NCBI GenBank assembly: GCA_045576355.1 | Contig: JAZNGG010000015.1 | Location: 9,123-73,122 of the forward strand | Source: Bacteroidales bacterium | GTDB taxonomy: Bacteria; Bacteroidota; Bacteroidia; Bacteroidales; UBA3663 | Length of the DNA: 64,000 bases | Reading direction: 5' to 3' | Shown: positions 6,819-16,739 of the stretch, in pieces | How the letters are laid out: the number at the start of each line of letters is the position of its first letter | Numbering within the stretch: the stretch's first letter is position 1 | Translations under genes and position numbers: made by a program | The notes under the pieces: generated by a model | What the model saw: the letters and a program-made list of their open reading frames with translations, nothing else | Database searches by the model: none | Told to the model about the DNA's origin: nothing

Positions 6819-9800
6819 TTACTTCACGAGCACCTTCTTACCGCCCACGATGTAGAGACCCGGAGCCTTCACTTGCTCCACCTTCTGACCCTGGAGGTTA
6901 TAGATGTCGGCGGCATGCTGCTCTGCTGTTACACCTTCAATACCGGTCTCAGCAGTAGCGATACGCACCTTCGGTGCTGCGGCAGCTGCCGGGAGCACGA
7001 GGAATGCCTTATTAGCCGGGATGTAGCTACCTGTGTACTGATAGAATGCGGTCTCGCTGTCGATGGTAGTGAGCGCATAGATCGAACCACTGAAGTTGGA
7101 TGCAGCCGTACGCACTGCCACACCACTGAGATCTGACTCAACAGCTTCAGTCTCCCCGGTATAAGCCACCATATCGTAACTACCAGGTTCACCGGCAAGC
7201 ACCACACCGGTCTGAGCCGGGATATAACCCTCAGTAAGTTCAACGAGGCTGAGATAATCAGCGGCGTCAGACAATGCACCAACGTATGCTGTCAAACCTG
7301 CAGGCACCGCCACAGCATGATTAGCATAGAAAGTAGAATATCCGCTTTCGTTGATGGTGAGCGTAATGTTCTCGATAGGCTCATAGCATACGGAAATCAG
7401 CAAATTGGCTTGAGTACCTCCCGTACATGCAAAATCTATAGTATTAACAGCATTCACATTCTTGATCAAAAGGTTGCAAGCAGAAGTCGCTGTTTTATCT
7501 GTCAGTACGAGAGACTCTGAGATGATGTTATTCACATAGTCTCCATCTGCATATACACCCTCGATGGTTACAGCTTCGTCATAGTTAGAGTTACCGACCA
7601 AGCGAATATGTTTCAATTTATAACCTGCGTTAGGAGTAATCCGGAAACCTTTCACCTCTCCGGCAGTCTGACCTGTACGGATCTTCAGACCATCTGAAAT
7701 GTTGTTTCCGCTCTCTCCTCCGGCAATATAAGCACCGGGCACGGTATATGAGGTTCCGACATTATCCTTATTCGTTTCACTACCGTTTTCCTTAGTTACT
7801 GTTTCCCAATCAGCTGTCGTTGGATATACTACCTTAACAAGACTGATATAACCGGCATCTCCACCCACTACTATAGTATTCTTTGCGTCAGTACCGGAAA
7901 TCGTATAGCTGATGGTCTTACCCGCAGCGTAATCGGTACTACCCTCGATGGTGGTAGAAGACAACTCGTTATAGGCTGTAATAGTAACTATTGCGCCTTG
8001 ACAAGAAGGGAAACTAAATATGGTACCATTATTCACCTGTGCCCACTCATCAGAGCGACCGATATTATAGATTTTACCATTGGTTCCATCCAAATCAAGT
8101 TTGAGATCCATAGTAACACCTTCCACAGACACCTGTGTCACAAGAATTCCTTTTTTACCTTGATAATTCAAAGCAGGAGCACCATTTTTAGGTCCGAAAT
8201 ACCAATTAGCAGTTATAGGTTCATAATCATGTTTTGCCAATGACACAGTATTTTCTGTAAATACCGGGGTCAATGTGACATCTTCTGTGATAGTTACTTT
8301 GGCACCTATATTATAGGTAGTATTTCCATCGGTCCAACCGGTCAAGGTGTATCCCTCTTTATAGAGAGTCTTATTAGTCGGGATGGTAACCTGACCTCCA
8401 TTATCAACATATTCTACTTCAGGCACGATCCCTTCTACAGACTCTACAGAACCTAAACCATAAGCAACAACCAACAACTTCTCAAAATTTGCAGTCAAAT
8501 TGACATTGGCAGAAAGAGAAGCAATCGCGTAAGTTGCATTTTCAGAGATTACATTAGACTCTGCATCTGTCCAATTGACAAATTTATAACCCGTATTGGC
8601 ATTGGCTGTAAATGATACTGCTGTACCCTCGTCAAAACTTGAGCCGGCAGGAGACTGTGTAATAGTTCCTGCTTCTGCAGGAGAAACAGAAGTTGTCACT
8701 GTGTACTGTGGCACCTCTATAATTGTTCCGGCATACTCTCCCTCGATTTTCACATTGGCAAAACCGACATGCTTTCCTGGATCCAGGTTATAAACATAAA
8801 CGGTCAGATAAAAATCATCTGAAATAGCCTCAAATCCGGTAATATCCAACTCGAATGAAACATCTCCGGCATCACCATTATTACGAATCGGCTTGACTCC
8901 GGTAGCCAACGTTTTAGAAACATCATCTCCGGCACTCACAACGATATCAAACAAACCACCTCCGGTGCCGAAACGACAAATATCGGCACTCACTTTCTTC
9001 GGTGTAAATGTCAATCCACTTTTCAAATCCACTGCCCAAGAAAAAGAATGTCCGTTGGTCTTTTTTGTAACTTTTGCAGATGGAGTAGCAGTAGTGAAGA
9101 CTACACTATTATAACCGGTCTGTGCTTTTTGACCGGACATCTCTGATCCAAGAGAGAAAGATGCAGTAGAAACGACATTATCTACTGACACTTCGTATGC
9201 AGGAGTTGTAGTACCCTCACTCATCGTCCATGAAACAGCTACACTGGTAGTCTCTTCAAAATTGGCGGTCAAGTTAATGTCTGCAGAAACATTATCAATA
9301 GTATAAGAAGCATCCGTAGAGACTTCATTACCCTCGCCGTCTGTCCAGTTTTGAAATGCATAACCGGATTTAGCAGAAGCATTGAGTGTTACAGAACCGC
9401 CCTCATACACTTCAGTCCCGTTGGCTGGAGTTACTACACCGGCATCAGCAGGGTTTACAGATGTCGTAATTGTGTACTTGGAAGCTGAAAGAGAGACTAA
9501 CTCTCCGGTCAATTGCAACTTTTCAGCGGCAAGATATTTAGAATTACTACCAGCATAATAATAATAGACCTTAACATTTATGGCTCCTGTCAAATTACTA
9601 ACAGAAAGGTTCTCCGTAAAAGTCGAATTAGAAATAGATGAATTATTATAATTAGATACTGTATAGCTTTTGGGAGTATTAATAGTAGTAGCAACATCAT
9701 CTACAACATTCTCTACAAGCACTTTATAAGTAAAATTATTACTAACTAAAAAAACGGAGTACAACTGTGAAAGGCTCAAAGAATAACCATCTGGCACATC

Positions 9801-10136
9801 TAAAGTGAATCCAAAATAAGCATCATCTTTAAATTCGGATAAATTACCTCCATCATATTGAGATCTGAAACAATAATCAGGAACAGTAAAACCTACCGCA
9901 GATGAAGTTATAGTATAAATACTTCCTTTATTGGTATTTTGACTTGCTTTTGCACCTTTAATAGCAGTCACCGTCACCAAATCATTCTCCGAAGAGAAAA
10001 CTGCTTCGCTTGCGGTTTTAGCAGAGGTATCCAAAGTACGGGTTATACCCATTTTGAAGCTCTCAGCATACGCACTTCCTATGCCAGCGATCATCATCAC
10101 GATCGCGAAGAACAAATTAAGTAATTGTTTTTTCAT
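6819..10136 (-). CDS. Large T9SS-secreted surface protein with InlB-B-repeat and Listeria-Bacteroides-type repeats
   Basis: Signal peptide MKKQLLNLFFAIVMMIAGIGSAYA. Two InlB-B-like modules (YTITTSVNPADAGVVTP...GYAFQNWTD and YTVTTSVSPAEAGTITQ...GYKFVNWTD) and GYTLTGWTDGNTTY. The C-terminus is a T9SS sorting domain (...IYNLQGQKVEQVKAPGLYIVGGKKVLVK). Confidence 0.8.
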   Translation of the reverse strand: MKKQLLNLFFAIVMMIAGIGSAYAESFKMGITRTLDTSAKTASEAVFSSENDLVTVTAIKGAKASQNTNKGSIYTITSSAVGFTVPDYCFRSQYDGGNLSEFKDDAYFGFTLDVPDGYSLSLSQLYSVFLVSNNFTYKVLVENVVDDVATTINTPKSYTVSNYNNSSISNSTFTENLSVSNLTGAINVKVYYYYAGSNSKYLAAEKLQLTGELVSLSASKYTITTSVNPADAGVVTPANGTEVYEGGSVTLNASAKSGYAFQNWTDGEGNEVSTDASYTIDNVSADINLTANFEETTSVAVSWTMSEGTTTPAYEVSVDNVVSTASFSLGSEMSGQKAQTGYNSVVFTTATPSAKVTKKTNGHSFSWAVDLKSGLTFTPKKVSADICRFGTGGGLFDIVVSAGDDVSKTLATGVKPIRNNGDAGDVSFELDITGFEAISDDFYLTVYVYNLDPGKHVGFANVKIEGEYAGTIIEVPQYTVTTSVSPAEAGTITQSPAGSSFDEGTAVSFTANANTGYKFVNWTDAESNVISENATYAIASLSANVNLTANFEKLLVVAYGLGSVESVEGIVPEVEYVDNGGQVTIPTNKTLYKEGYTLTGWTDGNTTYNIGAKVTITEDVTLTPVFTENTVSLAKHDYEPITANWYFGPKNGAPALNYQGKKGILVTQVSVEGVTMDLKLDLDGTNGKIYNIGRSDEWAQVNNGTIFSFPSCQGAIVTITAYNELSSTTIEGSTDYAAGKTISYTISGTDAKNTIVVGGDAGYISLVKVVYPTTADWETVTKENGSETNKDNVGTSYTVPGAYIAGGESGNNISDGLKIRTGQTAGEVKGFRITPNAGYKLKHIRLVGNSNYDEAVTIEGVYADGDYVNNIISESLVLTDKTATSACNLLIKNVNAVNTIDFACTGGTQANLLISVCYEPIENITLTINESGYSTFYANHAVAVPAGLTAYVGALSDAADYLSLVELTEGYIPAQTGVVLAGEPGSYDMVAYTGETEAVESDLSGVAVRTAASNFSGSIYALTTIDSETAFYQYTGSYIPANKAFLVLPAAAAAPKVRIATAETGIEGVTAEQHAADIYNLQGQKVEQVKAPGLYIVGGKKVLVK

Positions 10137-10259
10137 TGTTGTTTGATTATGTTTTATTCGTGTTTGACTGCTTTAGCTTCTCACACAGACGGCTGATCGG
10201 AATATCGTTAATAATCAACAGATAAAGACAGCACATAGAGAAGACGGCTATTTAGGGTG

Positions 10260-10267
10260 CAAAGGTA
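10260..10267 (-). promoter_or_regulatory. -7 promoter box (TAccTTTG) for the 1105-aa gene
   Basis: The reverse complement of CAAAGGTA is TACCTTTG. It lies about 125 nt upstream of the ATG at 10136. Confidence 0.45.
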
Positions 10268-10380
10268 GAAAAAATAAACGAAAGTAACAAATATTTAGAA
10301 ACATAAACAACAATTATACACCACTTTGACCCTATTTTACTCCTTAAACCTCAAATCGGCAATTGGAGCAAAAGAATATT

Positions 10381-10548
10381 AAGTAAGAAAAAGAGCAAAG
10401 AGGAAACTGAAAACAAAGCCATAATCTATCGCCATCAGCCATAGCGGGCGCAGCCACAAGCCCTCGCCATAGCAGGACGAAGTCCCCCTGCCATAGCCAT
10501 AGCCATAAGCCATAGCGGGCGCAGCCCTTTAAACCCCTCAACCACCCC
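10381..10548. repeat. Mosaic intergenic repeat locus R3
   Basis: A GA-rich tract is followed by CCATCAGCCATAGCGGGCGCAGCC, CCATAGCAGGACGAAGTCC, CCATAGCC twice, CCATAGCGGGCGCAGCCC and finally TTAAACCCCTCAACC. Confidence 0.85.
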
Positions 10549-10690
10549 GGGTGTAATCCACAATTATTCCACCTATGAGAGAATTTCCACCTCCTATAAA
10601 AGGCGAAGCAACGGCTGAATCACTCAGACGTTGCCCCTAATTGTAGCTTATATACCATGAATTTACTGAAAAACAAATTATTTACGGGTG

Positions 10691-10698
10691 CAAAGATA
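10691..10698 (-). promoter_or_regulatory. Second upstream -7 box (TAtcTTTG) that would read through repeat R3
   Basis: The reverse complement of CAAAGATA is TATCTTTG. The GGGTGCAAAG context is shared with the box at 10260. Confidence 0.3.
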
Positions 10699-10765
10699 AT
10701 ATATTTCCAACAAATATCAGGTGTAATAATTGACCAAAATAGGGGGAAAATCGTTAGATTTAACT

Positions 10766-13700
10766 TTATTCCATATCATTTGATTCATTTTTAATACTAT
10801 TATCCTCCTCGCGGCTACGGTTCACTTTCTGTTTGTACTCCACCGGTGGCATTCCCATATCTCGCTTGAAGCACTTACTGAAATATTTCGGGTCAGAGAA
10901 TCCTACTTTATAGGCGACATTGGCCAAAGAATCTTCGCCGGCATTGATGAGCTGCACCGCCCGACGAATACGGATCTTACGGATAAAATCGACCGGCGGC
11001 ATCCCTAAGACGGACTTCACTTTCCGATAGAAGCTCGTACGACTCATGTTGAGCGCATCGGCAAAGTCCTCCACGGAGAGTAAAGGATTGGACATATTTT
11101 GCTCGAAGTAGTCCATCATCCGAGTAACAAACTCCTTGTCATAATCGACCACCTGCGGTGCAGAGAGCGGGATGACATGAGCCGCACCCTCCTTATCGTC
11201 ACTCCGCTCGGGGAGACAACTTGCCAGGAATGCCTGCTGCAACATCTGTCGCTGGTGGAGCAGATTATCTACACGGCTCCGGAGATATGTGGCACTGAAT
11301 GGCTTGGTGAGATAGTCATCGATGCCATGTTCCAGTCCCTCGATGCGGTCATCGATCGAAGACTTGGCAGAGATGACCACGATCGGGACATGACAGATGA
11401 GCGGATCGGCTTTGATGCGGCGCACCATCTCCATGCCATCCATCTCCGGCATCATGAGATCGGTCAGGATGAAGTCTATCTCCTCGCGCTTGACGATGTC
11501 CAGGCCCTCTTTGCCATTGGTTGCCTCCCGAAGTCGGTAGGTCGGAGCGAGGATCGAACAGATAAATTGACGGAGTTCCTCATTGTCCTCGACCACAAGG
11601 ATCGTGGCAGGACGCTGTGGCTTGCCTTTATTGGAGAGCGTGCCATTCTCCTTTTCTGCACTCACCTCTTCGTGCTCGTCCGCCTCTTTGCGCGTCTTCT
11701 CCTCAGTCTCTCCTATGACAAAATCGACCAGCGCATCATCGAGATAGGTCTCCCGTTTGCGGCTGAATGTCACCGTGAAGCATGTCCCTTCGCCCGGTGT
11801 ACTCTTGACATCGATGTGGGCATGATGGAGATGGACCAACTCTTTCACCAGAGATAGCCCGATGCCCGAAGAGGGCTGCATCTCACTGATCTCCGGGAGG
11901 GAGACAAAGCGCTCAAAGATCTTGTTGAGCTGCGAGGATTCGATGCCCCTGCCCTCGTCTGCCACAGCGACGCGCACTTCATCCTCAGAGACACGCATAG
12001 AGACGGTGACAGCCTTGCCGGCATCGGTAAACTTAAAGGCATTGGAGAGGAGATTGAAAATGATCTTCTCTACCTTATCGGCATCGAGCCAAAGCTCCAA
12101 TGTCTCGACCTCCACTTCCATGGTGTAACGGATCTGCTTTTCGCGAGCCTTATCGTCAAAGTATGACTTCACTTTCTGGAGCAGGGGGACTATGTCGGTT
12201 TGACTCAACGTGAGCCGGACGTGTCGGGTCTGTATCTTGCGGAAGTCGAGGATCTGATTGACCAACTCCAGCATCCGCGAAGTGTTTTTATGGGCGAGTT
12301 CGAGGTGATTACGAGCTTGCAGGGAGAGCGGTTCCTGCGCCAGGACATCGCTGATAGGACCGGAGATAAGGGTAAGGGGGGTGCGCAGTTCGTGAGAGAT
12401 GTCGGTGAAATACTTCATCTTGAGGCGGGATATCTTGCGCTCCACGTCCATCTTATGACGGAGTTTGAAGATATAAGTATATATATAGGTAACGATGGTA
12501 ATCAGCACAAAGAAGACCAGGAAGTAGAATAGCCAGCTCCATGGGGTCTCCCAGAAGTTACGTTCGATCTCGATGGAGAGCAGACGGGCATTGTCACACC
12601 AGATGCCATCATGATTGGTGGAGCGGACCTGCAGATGATGGGTCCCACCGGAGAGATTGACAAAATTGACTTTAGGGGCAGAAGAGTAGGTCCAGGGAGT
12701 CTCCTCCGTACCATCCATTTTGTAGGCATAACGGACCAGCGAGGAGGGCGAAAAGTCCAGAGCAGCAAAGGAGAGTCCGAAATCCCGCTGATCGGCCGAG
12801 AGGCGGAGGGTGTCCAGATCATTGAGCGGGATCTCCTCACGATTGGCATAGGAGACACCGGTGAAGACCACACCGGGTGTAAAACGGCTCTTTCGCAGAT
12901 GGTCATAAGAGAAGGTCAACGAACCGCCAAACAGGCCGGCGACCACTTTGCCGGACGGGTGGATGGCAGGCATTGCCTCTGTGAACCGATAATCGCGATC
13001 GAAGTCAGTGCGGTCATAATATTCAAAACGATGTTCCGCAGGATAATAACAAGAAAGGCCGCGACTTGCCACGATCCACAAACGATCATGGAGATCCAGA
13101 CAGGCAGAGAGCGAGACATCGCCTCCGGGGTTCTCCCGATTGAGATAGGTGTCAAAACAGAGTGAATCTGTGAGCAGGTTATCTCCCTGCACTTCGCTCA
13201 CCCCCAATCCATAGGTGCAGACCAATGTCTTCCCCTCAGAGGTGTAGGCGACAGCCATCACATCGTTGCCGGGCAAAGAGGCAGGATCAGCCGAACGATG
13301 GAAATGTTTATAGAAGATGATCTCTGCCGGACGTTCAAAGATGCCGGAGAAAGAGATCAGACCATCTGTCGTACCGACCAGGATGACCCCATCCCGGGCA
13401 CCGGTGATGCACCGGATGTTGTTAAAGTCGAAGTAAGGATAGTTCTGTAGGCGGTTGTTTCGGTTGTTGAAGCGCTGGCCTGTTCCCGTGATCGAAAACA
13501 CATTGAGTCCACCCCCATAGGTGCCAATCCATAGGTGCCGGCGCTCATCCTCATAAAGAGCATATACATTATTATTACTGAGGCTGAAACTGTTGTTGGC
13601 ATCATGCTTGAAGTGCTGTATCGTGATCGATCCATCAGGCTGAAACCAGATGCGATAGAGCCCATCACCTTTCGTCCCGACCCAAAGCGACTTACGTGAG

Positions 13701-15217
13701 TCGCGCAATATGGTGTAGATTCCCTCTGTAGAAAACCGAACCGGAGCATCACTCCAGTGACCAGAGGAAGAGAGATAACGGGGAGCACCGGACGTTTGAT
13801 CCCGATAATAGAGATGTCCCTCTTTGTTGCCATACCAGATCCGATCACCATCGGAATAGACGGCACGCACTTCGCTCTCGGAGATTTCCGGATGATGCTC
13901 AAACTGATGAGACTTGAAAGAGAAATGGAAAAGGTGTGCCGAGGAGACCCAAAGGTTTTTCTGGTTATCGACAAAAAAGCGATTGAAGTTGATCCAGGTG
14001 GTTTTGTCCGAAGCATGATCTAAAACCTCATCATATGGGCGCAGGGCGTCTGTCTCGGGGTCGTACCAGGAGAGAGGTCCCTCTTCGGGCTTGATCCAAA
14101 GGGTCGAGTTGCGATCCTCAAAAGCGACGTGCATACCCTCGAGTTGATTGGTTTGCTCATAGACACGCGGGGAAGCATACCAGCAGACCTTTTGCAGATC
14201 TGCGCTGATGCGATAGACCCCCTCACCCGAAGCATAGAGCCAGAGGTTCTTTTTATGATCGGCAAAGACATGTGAGACATAACGGATCTTCCTGCCATCA
14301 TCCGTCTCGGAGATGAGCTGAAATTCCGCTGTCCCGACATTATAGAGAAACAGTCCGGCATCTGTCCCGATGGCAAGCATCCCATCATCCAATTGATCCA
14401 TGTAGGAGATCCGCCGCACGACCGAAGGAAAGTTCAGAAACTTCACACGATTCTCCTGAGGGACATACTCCGCCAAATAACCATCTGAGGTGACGAGAAA
14501 AATCCTCCCATCCACTTCCCGGATGTCGGAAAAAGTATAGCCGGAGAGGGCACGCTTCTGCCCGTAGATATAGACTCCATGATCGGTCAATATCCACTCC
14601 CTGCCGGACGAGTCGTTGAAGAAGTCATAGACCAGACGTTCCTCAGTGCTACCGCCCTCATCCGATACATCTCCTAAGAAATAGTCAAAATCCGAGAGAT
14701 CATCGTCATTAAATCGGAGACATCCCCCTCCCTGCAGGGCAATCCAGGAGACATGCTTCTCCGGGAAATTGCAAATAGGATGCCACAACTTGGAGGCGAC
14801 CAGATAATTCTTACCAACGATCCGGGAAATATCCTCAAAATGGGATGTCGAAGAGTTAAAACGATAGAGTTTCAGATCGTGGGTGACACACCAGATGTTA
14901 TCCCGACTATCACTGGCAAGGCGTATGATGCGATTGGAAGATTGCGGGTTATCATTGCCCGGCTCAGACCGAAAGAGGAGAAAATCCTTACCATCATAAC
15001 GGCAAAGTCCGTTGCGCGATGCCATCCAGATAAAACCCTTATTGTCCTGATAAAAGTCCGCAATGTGCGTCTCCGTCAACTCGTTGCCGGGAGTGTATTC
15101 TTTAAACTTACACAGCGGACGGGCAGAAAGTGTCGCATCGGGTGCAATCCCAAAAACAGAAGTTAGGAACAAAAACGTAAAACAGAAATATTTCAATTTG
15201 GCAATACCCACTCTCAT
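10766..15217 (-). CDS. Hybrid two-component system sensor kinase/response regulator with AraC-type HTH (HTCS)
   Basis: Domain order is N-terminal beta-propeller/Y_Y_Y-type periplasmic region, TM segment, HisKA (ISHELRTPLTLI), HATPase (GIGLSLVKELV), receiver (ILVVEDNEELRQF...DLMMPEMDG) and AraC HTH (FSDPKYFSKCFKRDMGMPP). Confidence 0.9.
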   Translation of the reverse strand: MRVGIAKLKYFCFTFLFLTSVFGIAPDATLSARPLCKFKEYTPGNELTETHIADFYQDNKGFIWMASRNGLCRYDGKDFLLFRSEPGNDNPQSSNRIIRLASDSRDNIWCVTHDLKLYRFNSSTSHFEDISRIVGKNYLVASKLWHPICNFPEKHVSWIALQGGGCLRFNDDDLSDFDYFLGDVSDEGGSTEERLVYDFFNDSSGREWILTDHGVYIYGQKRALSGYTFSDIREVDGRIFLVTSDGYLAEYVPQENRVKFLNFPSVVRRISYMDQLDDGMLAIGTDAGLFLYNVGTAEFQLISETDDGRKIRYVSHVFADHKKNLWLYASGEGVYRISADLQKVCWYASPRVYEQTNQLEGMHVAFEDRNSTLWIKPEEGPLSWYDPETDALRPYDEVLDHASDKTTWINFNRFFVDNQKNLWVSSAHLFHFSFKSHQFEHHPEISESEVRAVYSDGDRIWYGNKEGHLYYRDQTSGAPRYLSSSGHWSDAPVRFSTEGIYTILRDSRKSLWVGTKGDGLYRIWFQPDGSITIQHFKHDANNSFSLSNNNVYALYEDERRHLWIGTYGGGLNVFSITGTGQRFNNRNNRLQNYPYFDFNNIRCITGARDGVILVGTTDGLISFSGIFERPAEIIFYKHFHRSADPASLPGNDVMAVAYTSEGKTLVCTYGLGVSEVQGDNLLTDSLCFDTYLNRENPGGDVSLSACLDLHDRLWIVASRGLSCYYPAEHRFEYYDRTDFDRDYRFTEAMPAIHPSGKVVAGLFGGSLTFSYDHLRKSRFTPGVVFTGVSYANREEIPLNDLDTLRLSADQRDFGLSFAALDFSPSSLVRYAYKMDGTEETPWTYSSAPKVNFVNLSGGTHHLQVRSTNHDGIWCDNARLLSIEIERNFWETPWSWLFYFLVFFVLITIVTYIYTYIFKLRHKMDVERKISRLKMKYFTDISHELRTPLTLISGPISDVLAQEPLSLQARNHLELAHKNTSRMLELVNQILDFRKIQTRHVRLTLSQTDIVPLLQKVKSYFDDKAREKQIRYTMEVEVETLELWLDADKVEKIIFNLLSNAFKFTDAGKAVTVSMRVSEDEVRVAVADEGRGIESSQLNKIFERFVSLPEISEMQPSSGIGLSLVKELVHLHHAHIDVKSTPGEGTCFTVTFSRKRETYLDDALVDFVIGETEEKTRKEADEHEEVSAEKENGTLSNKGKPQRPATILVVEDNEELRQFICSILAPTYRLREATNGKEGLDIVKREEIDFILTDLMMPEMDGMEMVRRIKADPLICHVPIVVISAKSSIDDRIEGLEHGIDDYLTKPFSATYLRSRVDNLLHQRQMLQQAFLASCLPERSDDKEGAAHVIPLSAPQVVDYDKEFVTRMMDYFEQNMSNPLLSVEDFADALNMSRTSFYRKVKSVLGMPPVDFIRKIRIRRAVQLINAGEDSLANVAYKVGFSDPKYFSKCFKRDMGMPPVEYKQKVNRSREEDNSIKNESNDME

Positions 15218-15366
15218 GATATATAAAGATTAATGTGTAAATGAGACAATAATGCAAAAGTACAATTTTTTTATGACGATACAAGTCTAAAAGAGAACTT
15301 TTCATGGACAACGGCTCTTTTTTTACTTAAATCGAGTTACAATTTGCAAAATACAATTAAAAATCA

Positions 15367-15374
15367 TACATTTG
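15367..15374 (+). promoter_or_regulatory. -7 promoter box (TAcaTTTG) for mscL
   Basis: Perfect TAnnTTTG about 30 nt upstream of the ATG at 15405. Confidence 0.5.
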
Positions 15375-15404
15375 CAGCGTAAAACCAATTAAAAAACGAA
15401 CAAT

Positions 15405-15839
15405 ATGGGAATGCTTAAAGAATTTAAAGAGTTTACCATGCGCGGCAACGTTGTCGATATGGCTGTCGGTGTGATCATCGGTGGTGCTTTTGGTAAAATC
15501 GTTTCTTCACTTGTTAATGACGTGATCATGCCTCCAATCGGTGCACTCATCGGTGGTATGGACTTTACTGATCTCAAACTCATTGTCAAAGATGCTGTGA
15601 TGAATGGCGAAGAGATCGTTAAACCGGCAGTTACACTTAACTATGGTAACTTTATTCAGGTCACTGTGGACTTCTTGATCATCGCGTTCTCTATCTTCAT
15701 GCTCATCAAGATGATCAATATGCTCAACCGCAAGAAGAAAGCCGAAGAGGCTGCTGCTCCTGCACCTCCGCCGGCACCGGCTGAACCCTCTGAGGACATC
15801 AAATTGCTCACAGAGATTCGCGACTTGCTGAAGAAATAA
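15405..15839 (+). CDS. mscL: Large-conductance mechanosensitive channel
   Basis: [44 protein letters not shown] is the canonical MscL N-terminus and TM1. Confidence 0.9.
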   Translation: MGMLKEFKEFTMRGNVVDMAVGVIIGGAFGKIVSSLVNDVIMPPIGALIGGMDFTDLKLIVKDAVMNGEEIVKPAVTLNYGNFIQVTVDFLIIAFSIFMLIKMINMLNRKKKAEEAAAPAPPPAPAEPSEDIKLLTEIRDLLKK

Positions 15840-15868
15840 ACCAAGTCCTAATAATACATATATTATAT

Positions 15869-15906
15869 ATACAAATAGCTGCGTCCATGGTCGCAGCTAT
15901 TTGTAT
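15869..15906. terminator. Hairpin terminator after mscL (15-bp stem)
   Basis: ATACAAATAGCTGCG, loop tccatggt, CGCAGCTATTTGTAT. The 3' arm overlaps a TAtcTTTG box at 15904-15911. Confidence 0.7.
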
Positions 15907-15913
15907 CTTTGCG

Positions 15914-16170
15914 AGGGCTGATGGCTGCAATGGCTCATAGTGAGGGCTTATGGGGCTGCGCCCGCTATGGCTGATGGCGATAGCTTATAGCTTTGTTTTC
16001 ACCTTTCTCCTTTCCCCTTTCAGTTTTCTCCTTTCCTCTTATCAAGGCGCAGCCCCTTATCACGCGCAACCAACGACCAAAGAGAGTAACCCTTCAACCC
16101 CTCAGCCCCAAAACCCCTCAACTCCTAAAACCCTCAACTCCTAAACCAACAAACCAATAAACCAATAAAA
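15914..16170. repeat. Mosaic intergenic repeat locus R4 (two head-to-head modules)
   Basis: GGCTGATGGC/CTATGGC units and GGGGCTGCGCCC are followed by a CT-rich tract. Then come GGCGCAGCCCC, CGCGCAACCAACGACCAAAGAG and CCCTCAAC/CCTAAACC/CAACAAAC heptamer runs. Confidence 0.85.
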
Positions 16171-16225
16171 AAACTAAATTCTTGAATTTTTTTTGAGAAA
16201 CTCTTGCTATATTGTACAAAAGCAT

Positions 16226-16233
16226 TATCTTTG
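16226..16233 (+). promoter_or_regulatory. -7 promoter box (TAtcTTTG) for the Fur-family gene
   Basis: Perfect TAnnTTTG about 43 nt upstream of the ATG at 16276. Confidence 0.5.
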
Positions 16234-16275
16234 CAGCACAAACAAAAAGTGTAACGATTACAAAGAGTGTAAAAC

Positions 16276-16680
16276 ATGGAAGAAGCAAGAGCTATACTAC
16301 AGCAACATGACATCAAACCGTCTTATATGCGGATACTGATCATGCAATATCTGATGAAGCACCCTACTCATCCGACGGTGGATCGAATCTATCAGGACTT
16401 ATCTCCTGAAAATCCTACCCTCTCCAAGACTACAGTGTATAACACACTTAAACTTCTGGCAGAGAAAAAAGCGATCCTCTCGCTCTCCATCAATGAGAAA
16501 AATGCGCAGTATGATGGCGACACTTCTCCACACTCACACTTTCTTTGCCGCTCATGTGGGGCTGTAATGGATCTTCCGGCAGAGTTGATCTCCATCCCCA
16601 AAGAGGCCGAGAAAAAAGGACTCGAAATAGATGAAACGGAGCTCTTCTTTTATGGTCTCTGCAAAAATTGCAGAAAGTAA
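16276..16680 (+). CDS. Fur-family transcriptional regulator (PerR-like)
   Basis: Winged-helix N-terminus, then [15 protein letters not shown] and GLCKNCRK (CxxC pairs). It lies directly upstream of rubrerythrin. Confidence 0.85.
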   Translation: MEEARAILQQHDIKPSYMRILIMQYLMKHPTHPTVDRIYQDLSPENPTLSKTTVYNTLKLLAEKKAILSLSINEKNAQYDGDTSPHSHFLCRSCGAVMDLPAELISIPKEAEKKGLEIDETELFFYGLCKNCRK

Positions 16681-16739
16681 AAGAGACCCGAAGTGAAAAT
16701 AACAACAACCTTATTACTAACTATAAAAAACTTACAACT

